DNA of 64,000 bases from the human T2T-CHM13v2.0 reference genome, Homo sapiens (GCF_009914755.1 NC_060932.1); one strand, 5' to 3'. Numbered from the stretch's first letter, positions 49,303-64,000 are shown. A program made the numbers and translations. The notes: generated by a model not told the origin, from the sequence alone.

Positions 49303-52300
49303 CCCATTCATGGATTACAGTTCGCGGGTTGCCACTGAAATTGTTTACAGATGGCTGAAAAAGTCCCTGCAGAGCTGCTTCCCCATCAGGGCCAAGTGTT
49401 CAAGTTATATGTCTCCAGAGAAGGGCAAATACTGCCTTTCACCAGATTCAAGGGAAGGAAGGTGAAGAATCAGGAGAGGGGACCCCTGGGGAGCAAGGAT
49501 GGCTTACCAGGATCAGAGCATCTGCCCCTTCCAAGGGACATCCTTCCACCACGAGTTCAAAGTGGATCCACAGACTGTTCCATCCTGCAAATTACAGAAG
49601 ACGGGGTGTCATTCAGCTTTGTCCCTCAAGGGCCAGAATGTAACAGCATGCTGGTTTCTTAAGTGAACTAGTGAATAAATGTAGCTCAGTGAGTGTGGAC
49701 AAAATTGTATGACTCCAAATCACTCCTTGTATTTTGAATCGTAGTTTTGACATCTGCAACCTGAGATATCAACACTTAGACTTGCCATGGGACTCAAGTC
49801 AATCCAAGTGTTAGTAGTGAAACACAATATAAATAGCAGTATTATTGTTTTTGTTAGAGTAATGTTTGTCTAGGATATTATTTGAAGGTGTTTTTCTCAG
49901 AACATAAAATGATGCCAATATGTGGGTGTCAGACCTTGGAGAAAACTAATCAATAACTGAGTCCTTCAGTGTTAACCCTGGGAAAGGTTTACGTCTCCCT
50001 GAGCCTCATCTATAAGATAAAAACACACTGATATTGCAGAAACGTAAGAGAAAGCAAATGGGAGCGTTTAAAAAACAATTATATAAATGATGGTAATCAC
50101 TAATTATGAGCATTAAATAAAGTAATGCATGTAAAATAACTCAGCACAATGCCTGGCCCATAGGAAATATTTCCTATAGTTATGATTATTCTAGGGGAAT
50201 ACCTAAGATACTGGCCTTTGTAACCTAGATTTGAGCCCCAACTCCAATTTTTCCTAGCTCTGTGACCTCAGACTAGTTGCCTAACCTATTTTTGTTTCCA
50301 TTTTTTGTTATTCCTATAATGAGGATAATAATCACATCTACCTCAAAGTATCATAACGGTTATTATAAAGATTGAATTAGATAAAAGATGTAAAACACTA
50401 AAAATAGTGTCCGGCACATAGTGCTCATTAAGTGTCATTATCATCTGAGGTTCTCATGGGGACGTTTGTATGAGCACAAGGCAAATCTAGATTGTAAGCT
50501 CCTGAGGGCAGGAACTACTTATTTTTCTATGGTATTCGCTGAAGCTTTTAGCTCAAATTCTGGCTCTCCCTGCAAAGGAGCGATGGTGGTAATTTGGGGA
50601 TTCAGGGGATTGGTAATTAGCTGTAAGCTGGAGACAGGTTGGGGCACCATTTATCTAGAATCACAAAATAGACTGTGTATTGATTGTGCATCTCAGGGCC
50701 TAACTGTGGGCCCTTTATTCATCACTCACTGACAGAAAACTGACAGAGACCATGAATTATCAGTCATTTCATCTGTTATATTCTTGGAGCAATCTGGCCA
50801 ATCCCCTAGGGTATTTCTAAGTAATCCACTACTGTGGGCTGCAGGCTTTGAACACTCTGAGCTGAAGTTCATTTTAAGATTTAATTGGAATGGACCCAGG
50901 GATTCCAGACTGAACCCAAAAGGGGACATTTGAACAGTAACTGGAAGACTACATTCATCTTCCTGTGACAGATCCCTCATTGGCAGAGGCCATCGGTGAC
51001 ATTAAGCAGAATGTTCCGTAACTTTAACCTTCTGTTTCTAGGCACCAGATATATGTGACGCTAACTTTCTAGGGGACACCTCATCAGATATTCCTCATCT
51101 CTTCTTTCCTAAACTCTTCTGAATTAGGTCCCACATTGAATAGATTTTGGATTGACCCCCAGTGACTGTCTACTGCCCCAAAACCCCATTTCAGCCACTT
51201 CTAAAGCTTAGAGAAATGGTGCCTGAATATTAGGAGTTCCTACAGGGAAGACACTTTATCTCTTTAGCACAGTAGCACAGCCTCTGATCCAGATGGTCAT
51301 TTATAATCATCATCATAATGGAAATACCTGAGACTCAGGAAAGCAATTGACTTAGGTGATTTGGGAGACAAGGCATGCAGCTCTAAGTTAACTGAAAAGT
51401 GTCTAAAACATCTTGTGCCTACACTTCCTCACCTGAAAATTGGAAATACCGGTTCTGGTTATGCAGAGAAAAGGATATTAACTTGAAGAACAAGAACAAA
51501 TTCCTTGTTATTTCATGGTTATTAAAAAGAAGTTTTATTCTGATTTTATAAAAGGAACAGAGAAAAAGGAGGAGAAAAACAGCAGATAGCCCATTGACTT
51601 ATTTTATTAATGTTTATAATTTCTTCCTTAAAAAACACAATTTTAACCATATTAATATTTGAGACACAAACTATTTGCCTTTATAGGTCATCTAGACTAT
51701 GTTTTAAAATGTATATGTGGGTATGTCTTTTAAAAAATAATGTACAGAAAGGTAAAGGTAAAGTTATCTAGCTGACTCACTTTCTGATGAAGAAAGATGT
51801 CACTTTCTGATGACATCACTTTCTGATGAGGTCACCAGTTGTTTAAGGGTTTGCCTGAACGTGTTGGACTAGGGGTAAGTAGTTGCTACTTATGGTTCAC
51901 TACTCACCTATAATGTGATTCTGGCATTGCTAGCCATTCATTACCATAGCCCTTTCTTTGAAAATTGGCCTTAATCACACAAATATATAAACAAGACTGT
52001 GTATCACATGAAAAGAAATAAGTGGCAATAGAAGGACCTGACTCCATGTACCTTTTAACAAGAACTCTGAAAACTGCGTATATTGACAAATGATGAACAC
52101 ATGGTGAAGAGGTGGGGAGGGAGAGCCTTTGGGCAAGGAGGACAGGGTGTTAGTAGGTCTCCCAGTGGGAGGAAGCAAGGTGGGATTTCAAGGAACTAGA
52201 AATATTCCAGTACGGTTGCTGCATGGAGAGCAAGGCATTGTGTGGACCAGGAGGGACTGAAGAGGTGAGTAGACAGTGGCTAGGTTGCAGGTGGAAGTGA

Positions 52301-52356
52301 TTCCAGTCTTTCTTCAAAGAACCATACAAAGCACTAGAGAGTTTTAAGCATGGGAG

Positions 52357-52724
52357 TGTGTCTTAATCACTTTGGACTATTACAACAAACTATCATAAAC
52401 TGGGTGTCAAATTTAAGCAACAAAAATTTATTTCTCACAGTTTTGGAGGCTAGAAGTTGGAGGTCCAGAAACCAGCATGGTTGAGTTCTGATGAGGGCCT
52501 TCTTCTGGTTTGCAGACTGCCAACTTTGCCTTGCAACCTTACGTGGCAGAAAGGGTTAGAGAGTTCTCTGGGGTCTCTTTTATAAGGGTACTAATCGTAT
52601 TTGTTAAGACTCCACCTGCATGACCTAATCACCATCCAAAGGCCCCCTTTCCTAATAGCATCACCTTGAGGGTTAGGATTTCAACATCTGAATTTTTGAG
52701 GAACACAACATTCAGTCCATAACA
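52357..52724 (-). mobile_element. MLT1A-like solo LTR
   Basis: Reverse MaLR LTR ending attcagtccataaca. Confidence 0.8.
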
Positions 52725-55700
52725 AAATGACATGATCATTTAAGCTGTTGAAGGGTGTAATTCTCTGAACTTCACCCTGCTCATGGCCATAAATACAAAT
52801 AAAGACATGTAAGAGAAAACTCTCTTAAACTGCAAATCACAGTCAAATTGATGACACCTCTGGGTAGGGAAGTTGGGAAATAAGGAAAAATGACCTCAGC
52901 AGTCCATAACAGGGATCTGTTGTTCTGATCAGCTCAAGGAAGAGATACAACCTCTTGCTTATAAACTTTTTCCAGTCACTCTAGTCACTTCAACTGGAGT
53001 TTCCAGAAACTCAGATAGTCATCTAGTGCCTACTCAGTCCCAAGAAATCAGATTCTTAGTTAACTGATGCATATTTCAAATAACTACTCATCAGATGGCT
53101 TCTGAACAAATAAATGTTTATATCAACAGAGTACTAAAGAATACTCTACACCTACTCAGGTTTTCTCCTCAAAAATTATTGATGTAACTTGATCATCTCT
53201 AATATTCAGAAATGCTCCCCACTTCCCTGATGCCCATGTAATTTGTCTATACCTGGCTAATGAAGATGTCTTCATTAGATAAAAACTCTTAAAACTATTT
53301 TCTTAATAGTCAATGAGGTGCTTCTATTTGGGAAAGTCCCCAACTGGAACTAAAATAAATTTTTAGAAACAGATGAGATAGTTTTCAGAGAAACTAGCCT
53401 ACAAGAGTGAATTCCTTCCTGAAACAAGGGTTTTCCTATAAACGCCTTACCCTAAAGGAACATTTTCAAATAAATATTAAACCAAAGAGGGGAGTGAAGT
53501 GCCTTAACATTTAATGAAGGGATACCATTAACAAATCAGGAAAGAAAGTATGTCTCAGCACCAAAAACATATACATTTATTCAGCAAATATTGACTTAGT
53601 ATATACTGATGCCAAGCACTGTGTTAAGTATCCTGATACAGATCAAAAGTCCCCATACTTCTGAAGCTTACAGTCAAGCTGGAGAGAAAGAGTCACCAAC
53701 TAAACCTAGAAATAAACTCTTCGGATGGTGATAGGTCAATTTTAGAGCGGTGATGTCTATGACACAAGATAATGTAATGGTGACGGCTATGAAGGCCTAC
53801 TTTAGCTGAGCTGTTTAGGGAAGGGCTTTCTGAAGAAGCCCCTTTTGATCAGACAATGGAGGTAGAGAAAAGAACACATGAGGTGGCCCAAGGGAGTAAA
53901 GTCAATGAGGCTAAGGCCAAGGGAACTGGAGAGAGATATACCTTATGTGTCCAGAGAGGTGAGCAGGGCCAGTCCATGCAGTGTCTAGAGAGTCAGGGTA
54001 AGGACTTGTCAGTTGAATCTATGGACAGTAGGAAGCCATTGGCATGTCTTAAATGTGAGCGAAGTCATTTGACATACATGCTAACAGGTAATGTGGCTAG
54101 AGTGGAAGCAGGAGGAACACTGGGTCATTGTCTCCAGGACAATCATCACTGAATGCTTAGAGTACATTAAGAATGAATTCTCTAGCCAATCCTGCACCTC
54201 ACATACCCATAATCTCACCCACAGGAGCTCATTTTACCACCATTATGCTAGGTAACAAAGCCTCTGGTGTTGCTGAGAGATGGATAGGGCTGAATCCCTG
54301 GAATGGGAACCTTCTGATGAAATACTAGTTCCTCTCCTGGGAAGTGGGAATCCCAGTGAAGTCAATTGCCTGCCTGGAGAGAGTAGCTCAACCTGAAGAA
54401 TGTATACATAAGGTCACACTGCCTGTGCTGAAGTATTTTGAAATAAATTACAGATAGAATAACAGCAATCCAGGGCAAGCGAGTAGGCAGAGGAAAGAGT
54501 TGTGTGCAGGGAATAGCCCAGACTACAGTGGGAGAGAAAGAATGGGACTTGGCTCCAGAGGAATATGAACAATGCATAAACAAAAAGCAGCCTACTTTCA
54601 TCACCGCAGTTTCTTCTCAGGTGCATGAAATGGCCTTTAAGGGTTCATATTTCTGTAGGCTCCACATGGCATTTGGTGAGAATTAGGGGGGCGAGAGCAG
54701 TGGAACTTGAAAACAGTTGAAGTCATCCTTTTGGTTTGGGTAGGAAAGACGTTGTCTGTGCTTTAGGTTCTTCTCTCAAAAGACACACTGCTTCTGCTGG
54801 GAGGAGTTCCACTAAAGCTTAAGTCACACTTGCATTTATAAACCAGACCACTTAACAGGGTTTTGCACAGTGGCACCAGAGGCTGCATCTAGAAATGATG
54901 ACTTACTTGTTCTAACTCCTGTAAGTGTATGGCAGGAATGCCTCCTCGGCAAGAAAAAGCCTCACGGCTGAAGCTTTCAAATTCATGAACACTATGGGTC
55001 TTCTGCCCAGGAAAAAAAAAGTGTATCTACGTTTACACAAATTTAGCATTCAATTTCAAAAAGTTCAAGGCCTATGGCTCCAGTGGGGAAACTGATTTGG
55101 AATACGATGAGACCTTTCGCTGCTCAGTTTCAAAGAGATGTTTGTACCTTGGTTAATAATAATATTGTTATATCATCATTTGTCATATTTCAATATTTAT
55201 CTTTCCAGGGTTCTTGACCACGATGCCAATTCTGAATTTTCAATGAGGGTTATATAAATGAGGGTTTTCTCCTCACTAGTGCATCATTATACTAACCAAG
55301 TATATAAATGGGCTTGTCCTTTGAAATTATGTACCCTCAACAGCTCAGATCTCAAGGCAGCTGATTCTGCCTGGCAGGTGTGGGATGTGAGATTGAGTCA
55401 TTCCAGAATCTCAAAGAGATATTTGTTGGAGGTAGCAGCAAACAGTGACTGATTCAGTAGCTCCTTGGCTTCCAAACAACCTGGTACTTACCACAGTTTA
55501 CATTTGAAGGAAGCTCTGCCCCTTCTTTAGTGGTTGTTAGATGTGGGGAGATGAAAGGAAGACAAAAGCAGAAGTTCCAACAGGCAAGCACAGTGGGAAG
55601 TGTGAAAGAGGGGATTTCTTTTCATGGTCTTTTTAAAGAACAACAAAAAAAATACCAGTGTCAGATAAGGCTTAGAGAGCATAGGATGAAGATCTGGAAG

Positions 55701-56949
55701 TTCAGTAGCAAATGTGGTCAAGTCATTTGGGGCCTTTGTAGACTGAAAACAATAGAGCACAGTGATTAGAGCTCAGGCTCTGAGGCTAGACTCTTGTATT
55801 TGAATCCTTATTCATTTGCTAGTTTTGTCTTTTCATTGCTCTGTGCCTCGGTTTCTCTAGGCAATAAAGAACCGAATAATAGTATCCACCTCCTAGGATT
55901 GTTCTGAGTATTCAAGGAGAAAATATATACAAGGCACTTAGAGCAATGCCTGGCAAGCCATAAGCTCTCCACAAACATTAGCTCCTATTTGCAATCAAAT
56001 TCACTGCTGAGTTACTTGAGAGTGATTGTACCTTGAGCTGTGTGGAGACAGCTATTAGGTCATTGCATGAGGAGATTTTATAATTTTAAAGAATGTTCAT
56101 GCTACAGCTACTACCTACATGAAACTATAAACTAGTATACAAAACTGAAAACCTGGCAGTCATGTCAGCTGGGACATGTGTCCCCAAGTTCCCACAATGT
56201 GTTCAGCCCCATGCCAGACACTGTGAAACCTACTGAAATTGGCTATTCATGTGTCTTCCTTGACTTCTATCTAGTCTCTTGATCAAAGCTTGTTTTATAC
56301 TTTTTCACATGGATTTTAAAAAGCTTCAGTAAAGAAGTGATGCAGAAAGTCAGAAGGCATAATGATGTGAGTATGGTATGAAGTCCTTAGAAGTTTAGAG
56401 ATACGAAGGATATATTTGAAAGGAGATGTAAATGGTATTTGGAAAGGCTTCTTGAAAGAGAAGGTGTTTCAAACATTAGCAGTGCTTTGAGAGGCAGATA
56501 TGAGAAGGGAATGGATTCCAGGCAGGAGAAACAAGGCTACTGAAGACCCAGAGGTGGATAAGAGTTGGGGGTAGGGGGTGTTGGTGGTAGTGGTAGAACA
56601 GGTACTATAGCATGTGTGACTCCAGCAGAGGGAATCTGGGCAGCAATGGTGAGAGAGGACCTAGTCCCAGTGCTAAAGCTGCAGAGAAGGAAAGGGCTAA
56701 GAAAAAGCATGGATAATTTTGAATTCCAGGTGCTATTGTTTTACGGGCAGTAGAGGCTAAAAAGATTATTGAGCATGATCAGACCTAAGCTTCTTTTGTA
56801 CTTATTCTCTTTAAAGTACTTTTGCATACTTTATTTCACTTTGTCCTGATAGCAAGGTTATGCAATGTGTAAGGGAGCCATTGTAAATCTCATTTTACCT
56901 AGCTGGGTCATACCCATTGCTCATAAAGCAGAATGATCAAGCGATTGTG

Positions 56950-57233
56950 CTGTAATCCCAGCACTTTGGGAGGCTGAGGCGGGTGGATCACGAGGTCGAG
57001 AGATCGAGACCATCCTGGCTAACACAGTGAAACCCCGTCTCTACTAAAAATACAAAAAAATTAGCCTGGTGTGGTGGCATGCGCCTGTAGTCCCAGCTAC
57101 TCAGGAGGCTGAGGCAGGAGAATCGCTTGAACCGGTGGGGGGTGGAGGTTGCACTGAGCCGAGATTGTGCCACTGCACTCTAGCCTGGGGGAACAGAGTG
57201 AGACTCTGTGAAAAAAAAAAAAAAAAAAAAAAA
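56950..57233 (+). mobile_element. 5'-truncated Alu (Sc8/Y-like) with long poly(A)
   Basis: TSD gattgtgctgt at 56943-56953 and 57234-57244. Confidence 0.93.
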
Positions 57234-58854
57234 GATTGTGCTGTTCACATGCAGTAGAAGGATTAGGAGGAAGAGGACCAGACAATATGGATCACCTGTG
57301 AACCAGGACTTCCTCCACCCTGCAGAGCTACTTGTTTGGAAACAGAATCTGCTTCTGTTCCAAACTGTGCCAAAAGTTTAAATAAGAATAATGTCCTTAC
57401 TCATAAAACATATATATTGTCATGTCATGATATCTTTAAGTAGGCATTATCAACTTATATTTTAAGCCATACAGCAAAATATAACATTTGTATGGTGCTT
57501 TTAACCAATAAAACATTATTTGATCCTTTAATTATTTGACCTTCCCAATAACTAAAATGTAGATGGACTAAAATATGATTAATATTCCTACTATAGTGAT
57601 AAGGAAACTAAAACTCAGGACTAGTGACCAGTCCAAGGTGAGACACACAGTTAGAAAGAGATAGAATCAAAATTAAAGCAGGAACTTGTACTCTAGATTC
57701 TCTCAAAAATCCCATGGTTCATCATATTTTGTTAGCTGTTTCTGTTTCATGCAATTCAAACCATTATCCATTATTTATTTGACAGTAAGCTTCAGTAGGC
57801 TAACTGGTATGTTTGACTATTAGTAGAACTCTTTCTTTCCTATTCCTGATGTATTTGAAAGCTGTGGGTGGGTGCCAAGATGGAAGAATACAAGTGGCTC
57901 ATCTGATTCAGGCGCTGGCCTTCTCTGCATGGTGCAGAAACTGGTCAACAACACTAAGGGACACTGCCACGCTGATTTTGCTATGAGACATGTTGCACTT
58001 TGTTGATTTCTTGGCCTGCCTCCCTCTCCACCCATCTCTTACTCTTTTCACTCAGGCCAGAGGAGCAGGGAGAGTCTGACACTGGAGTCCTACCTTTTCT
58101 GGCCAGCTACCCATCTGCGTCAAAGTGGTGTTGGCTTTGGCGCCTGGGTGGCTGGATTGGAGACCATTCTTGGGCAGCTATTATTTCTTTCTAATGGTTC
58201 TTGACCTTTAAAGTCAAGGAAGGTTATTTTTGCTTAGAAAGACCTTAAGATTTCAATGGGAATTTTGGTTTTGGATATTTTTTAATGCCCTACTCTGTTC
58301 CTAAGAAATGAAAAGAGGCTAAATCACTTTCAAAGAAGTATTTTGCAAGTTGGCATGTCAGCTAGTGGGCCTACAGCTGAGCTCATGTTCTCCAAGGCCT
58401 ACTTGTCTAAATGAGTCAGGGAAACCAATCACCCCCCTGTTGTTTTGCATGACCTAAAAGCCAACACTCCCACAGGGCAGTGGTGGATGTAATTTCTGGC
58501 ACCCATACAAAAATGTTGTGAAACATTTGCAGTCTCTTTAGAATCTTGTAAGGTAAACAGCATACCACGGTCTGCTGGGGCAGCACGTTGAAGTCCAACT
58601 GAGAAGAATAACTGACTGTGGTAGAGGTTTACTAGTATGATGAGGAAAGTCCAAGGCGAGTACCAACCTATGCATTCTATAGACTATTCCTGTGTATTCC
58701 AGGGAGGAATAGTGTTCTCCTCTGAAACTATTGCCAGTTAGTGTTTAAAGGAAGTTTTGTTGAGTGCACAGATAAACGTCTAGTGTATTCATCACCAAGG
58801 CTTTAATGAAAACATTCCCTTTACCTGAAAGGTCATTTATCCAACAAATGCATT

Positions 58855-59315
58855 ATTTTTTACAGCTTTATTGAGGTATAATTGATATTCAATGAACAAT
58901 AAATATGTAAGCTGTTCAATTTGATGACTTTGGACATATGTGAACACCTGTGATACCATCACCACAATCAAGGTAATAGGCATATTCAATACCTCCCAAC
59001 CATTCCTTGCATTTCTTTGTTTTTGTTTTTGTGGCAAGAACACTTAACATGAGATCTACTCTCTTAAAAAATTTTGAGCTTATTTGAATTTATAGTATTG
59101 TTAATTATAAATACTGTGTTATACAGTAAATTTCTAGAATTTATTAATCTAGCATAATGGGAACTTAAGACCAATTGAACAACACCTTCCCATTTTCCAC
59201 ACCCCTCAGCCCTCAGCAAACACTATTGTATTCTCTGCTTTTATGATTTTGACTATTATAGATATCTCATAAGAGTGGAATCTTCAATATTTGTTTTCCT
59301 GTGACTGGCTTACCC
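58855..59315 (-). mobile_element. L1MA/MB-like 3' end
   Basis: acagctttattgaggtataattga...aacacttaacatgagatctactctcttaa. Confidence 0.8.
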
Positions 59316-59960
59316 AAATTCATTCTCATATTCAGTTAACAAATATTGTAAGAACCTTCTAAGTGCCAGGCACTGGATATGAGTAAATCTGGGTTTTCAC
59401 GTTCAAGGGATTAATAATCTAGTTGGGGAGACAGATTAGTGACAAGTTGAAACTGAGGGTGTGAAAGAAAAACACAGAGTGCTATGGAAGCATGCAGAGG
59501 GGGAAGGGAGCCGGGGTCTGGCAAGTCAAGGTGGAAAGTCTAACAGTTACAATAAACAACCAAACAAATCAGCTAAAGTTCAGTTCAGGAGTTACCAAAT
59601 AAAGTGATAAAGGTAATAACAACTACCATTTATAGAATATCCATTAAGTTTAGTATTTCGCATACATTACCCATTTTCCAAATTAGGAAATGAGACTCAG
59701 TAACTTGCTCAAGTTCACTCAACAAATAATTATCAGGGCTGAGGTTAGGATATATCTGCCACTAGTGTTACTACGTAACATGTGAATACAAACTTGGTTC
59801 TTGATTAATATTTCTATTCTTTATGACCAGTCACTTGTCTGATATTACACTCTCCCTCCATACCTAATTCCAGCTTCATTCAACTCAAGGAGCTCTCTCG
59901 ACACAACCTGTCTACTTTTATATTTTACTTTAGCACTTGTCATCATCTAACGTGAAATAT

Positions 59961-60060
59961 CCTATTTCATCAATTCTAAGATGCCCATTTATTCATATTT
60001 TTACATCTCTGAAGTTAGGATGCATTAAAACATCAATGGCATAGAAGAGTTCGAAATATC
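59961..60060 (+). mobile_element. MER104-like (TcMar-Tc2) MITE
   Basis: tatttcatcaattctaagatgc...acatctctgaa...ggatgc matches the recalled consensus. Confidence 0.5.
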
Positions 60061-63000
60061 CTTTTCATAGTCTACACATAAAAACAACAGAGCATGCTTG
60101 AACTGATAGCTCTAAAATTCCTCAAATATGTAGTATTTTATTTATGTTATATTGCTTTTTTTTCTGTCTTTCCACAGAGTATAAGCTCCAAGAGGTTAGG
60201 GCTTTTGTCTGCCTTTTTCACCTTTGTATTCCCTGTCACTTGGAATGTTGTTGAACAAATTAATAACTGGATAGATACAGAGTGCCTACTATGTGTTGTA
60301 AGCTTTGTGAGGTGCTGGACATGGAGGGAGCAACGAAATGGATATGAGCCTTGCCCTCCTTGGGGGGATGCATGTTGAACAAACAGAAAGACAAATGAAT
60401 GCATACACCAATGTGCAATTTAATGTGGGGAGATGGAAAAAGTGAAAATGTTAAAAGTGCTATGGAGCAAATAAATGGGGACTGAGGTGTTTTCCAAATT
60501 TCTATTAAAAAGTCAGGGAGGACCTCTTTAAGGAAATGACATCAAAGCTGACACCAGGGGGATAAAAGTAGTAAGTCTAGGAAGCCAGACTATTTTGTTG
60601 CCTGGCACACCTAATAGCCAATCTTGACCATCCTAATCCAAAATATTTTCTCCCTTCTTGCCACAATGTCTGACACTTGTATCTGCATGCACTTTTAATT
60701 ATATTTTTGCAGATGTCCTTTCTATCCCCCAAGATTACAAATATATCGATCCCTTCTCATAGAATATAGAGCACTAAATTAGGAGACAGTAGGCCTGGGT
60801 GGTAATTCCAACTTTGCCCCTCCTTTACAAATTGAGGAAGTTAGATAAACTCTCCAGTCCTCAGTATCTTGCCTGTACAATTAGGTTATATTAGAGAATC
60901 TCTAAGGTGTCAATGAGCTTTAATATTTAAATTCTGTATTATTAGTCCACTTTAACAAAGAGTTTTGAGGAACTACTATGTACTAAGCTGGTAAACTTTC
61001 TGTAGGGCACTGAAGAAATTAAGATGAAAGAAAAGGGAAAGATATGACCTGTTTATTTAAGGTGTTTATGATCTTGAGAAGGATATTGATACTTTGATGA
61101 TTTCAATATAATGTAGCATAGAATCTCCTCTGCTTCTGAATTTTCAACTATTATAATTGTCTTTCCCAGGAGTGAACAAAGTCAGCCCTGTACCCTGAAC
61201 TTCTAAGTAAAGACATTTAACTCTGCTTGCCACCAACAGATGGTACAAGCGGTCACATCGACCAGATACTGTTCCGTAAGTTTTAGAACTAATGGATGAG
61301 AGGCAGGTCTGATAACCTAAGTTATTTGTAGCAGAATAAGTGTAAGCTGGGATACCATGGGAATTGAAAGCAAAGGGTCACCTTGTTCCACCTAGGTGAA
61401 GGTGGCAGTGCTGTAGGGAGGTCAAAGAGAGAGACTTCATAGGGCATTGATGTCTCAGCTGAATGTTGAAGGAAGAGAATGGATTAACCAGATATCTTTC
61501 TTGGGATGCTTTCAACTTCAAAATACAGACAACCCAACTAAAGGTGGATTTGATAAGAAGTGCAATGACTATTCTATTATTTAAGACTATTCTATTATTA
61601 TAAGATACAGAGGCAGGGAAATTCTCTGTATTATAAGATACAGAGGCAGGGAAATTCCAAGCTCAAATGAAATCCCAATAGCTCAAAATATCATAGAGAA
61701 CTCAGGCTCTTTCTACCTTTCTTTTGTCACCTAAGAATGTTGGGTTTTGTTCTTACGTTTTTCCCTAGTGGTTGCAAGATGACTGTCAAATCTCTTGGCA
61801 TAGTACTTTTTACACTTTATTTTTTAAAAGGCTCAAAGGTGGCAACTTTTCTCAAAATTATCTTTACCAAAAAGAGTAACCATGCTCTTCTTGCCCCATT
61901 TTCCCCATTTCTCACCCCCGTCTCAACAAGATTCCTGGTAGGTTCTGGTGACCGGGGCTGAGCCACACACCTATGCTGTAAATGCAAAGGAGGTTGGGAA
62001 AGTGTGTGCCTGGCATTTCCAGTCTCCGTGTGAGATGGTAGAGTCTGTCTGCTTGGAGGAAGTGTGGGTGCAAAGCAGGGAAGAAGTAAGTAGAGTGATT
62101 GCTGGGTAGGCCTCCAACACGGTCTTTCAAAACAAGAAAAGAAGAAAAGGGGAGTTATTCATGGATCTCATGTTCAGGACCTGGCACAGTGCTTTGCTTT
62201 CTGCATTGCAGGCATTCAATTGATATTTTTTGATTGTGGAATCATTATCATGGAAATAGAAAATCAATGTCAGGTCAGGCGAGTGAGTAGTGAAATTAAT
62301 TATTCTTTCCAGGCCATGACTAGATGACAAAAAATTAATTCTGTTATTTGAATGGGTGGCTGTTGATATTTCTAGTGAGGGGTTAAACTGAAATACTAAT
62401 TTAACATCAAGAGAGGTAGTGGTGGCATTTTTTTAAACCATGTCTAATTTGGCAATGGTTTTATAAACTAAAAGCAAATCAGGGAAAAATCTAAGTTAAA
62501 TGGAAAAAGACCAGATCTTAGGAGATGAAAGTTTACTGAAAATACCATGTGGAGGGTTTTAATGGAAACAATAGAGTTTAAAATGGTCCCAAGAATATGG
62601 AAAAAAATTTAGTAGATCCTTATAAAGCACTTACTGTTTGTTGATTATACATGGAAAGTCACAAGAAGGAAGCAAAAGAGGATACCACATTAGTTCATTT
62701 TTTAAAAAATCAACTATATACAAACCAGACATTAACATTTTTTGGAAAAATTTCCTTTGCCTTTTCCACAACTACAAACAAAACAGAAAGCTGTGAAGTT
62801 TTTTTCCTACTGTAACAACAACGAAAAGAATATTACATTCAGAAAGAAGGAACGAGTCATTCTTTCAGAAGGGGTGAATTATTTTACATAATTTTGTATG
62901 AAGTAATGCAAGGAGATTTCAGTAACAGTATGAACTTGTCATAGCACACTGATCCTTTGAAATATCTTTTCTCCATGTCTTTTAAGCCTGTCAAATCCTT

Positions 63001-64000
63001 TTGCAGAACTATGAGAGCTTGCCTAAAGAATTGAAAACAATACAGATGAATAAAAGTTGTAGATTAATTCCCACTGCTCTTTCTTGGATGAAAATGTTCC
63101 ATGTTTTTTTTTTTTAAATGACTGGGACTATTTAACTCCAACCATAATGTATTTTCTGTGGTTTCTTAATTTGGAATTTTACTCTTCAGCTCCACTTCAT
63201 CCTGTCTTTCTTCTTATTGAATGCCAAGGCATACCATAACACAGGAAAAGGGGCCGCAAAGGATCACAGGAGGCTGGCTTACGTTTAAGCCTTTCTAATT
63301 TCATAGCATCTGCTGTGATGTGTCAAGCCAGGTACCATATTTCTATTGTAAATCAGTCTTTCCTCCTGGACTAGATTCACAGTCTTTTTGGAGTTATTAT
63401 ATACTTTTGTTGATCAACTTTTTAAACACCACTTTGAGTTCCTAGATTGCTCCAATTCCTTAAAGGTAATAATGCAGTTTCTGCACTTCTTTCAGTATTT
63501 ATTAAGACACAGGGAAATGGTTTTACCCCAGGAATCCATATTAGAGTAACACAGGGTGATTTTATATCTATACTGGGTCTACTTGGCTTGGCATGCCAAA
63601 TTAAAATCTCTAGGGTAGGGGTCTGGCAAAAGTGTTTGGAAACACTTGATTTATTCTGATGTACAAGTCTGGTTCAGAACCATTAGCATATTTGAAATCA
63701 TAAATTTACCATCAGAAAAGAAAAGAAATGGAAAGAAAAAAATGGAAAGAAAACCAAAGTCTGCATAGGCAGCTCTTGCCTCTAATATGCCACCTTCATA
63801 GTATGGTAATACTGAAAATTGACACAGTATAATGCTTAGGATACAAATGCCCTGGATTAATTTCTGCTCTGCTATGTCACCTGAATCAAAGTAAACTTGT
63901 AGCTGTTCTATGCCTTAGTTTACTTACTTGTATAATAAGTACAATAATAATGTCTGAAGTAATTTTGGAATTAAGTTATATATTATGTATAAGATTAAAT

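Noticed and set aside
51777-51829. Repeat-spacer pattern resembling a mini CRISPR array or C/D-box motifs (CTGA/TGATGA)
   Set aside because: Only three 14-bp units with 2-9 bp spacers; box order and length do not fit a snoRNA; no cas genes

Overview
Human (primate) genomic DNA containing the complete TNFRSF11B gene (osteoprotegerin, OPG) on the minus strand. The five coding exons are 48246-48217, 29734-29365, 25363-25172, 23151-22927 and 21195-20807. They sum to 30+370+192+225+389 = 1206 nt, giving 401 aa plus stop, and all introns are GT-AG. A CpG-rich TATA promoter with TCF/LEF, ETS, GC-box and RUNX motifs lies at ~48.0-49.3 kb, and an AU-rich 3'UTR carries two poly(A) signals. The rest is intronic and intergenic DNA with Alu, L1, MaLR/ERV LTRs, MER DNA-transposon remnants and microsatellites. 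I see no evidence of a new gene family or multi-gene system; the other ORFs in the track are repeat-derived or chance. The most notable fine-scale observations are: (i) a uORF whose TGA overlaps an in-frame upstream ATG (TGATG), which could give a 27-aa N-extended OPG from longer transcripts; (ii) a candidate divergent plus-strand first exon; (iii) an apparent L1 3' transduction with target-site duplications (TSDs); (iv) a 141-bp nest of inverted repeats; (v) a candidate intronic poly(A) site that would truncate OPG; (vi) several local duplications. Repeat subfamily names and SNP identities come from memory of consensus sequences and the literature, not from a search.
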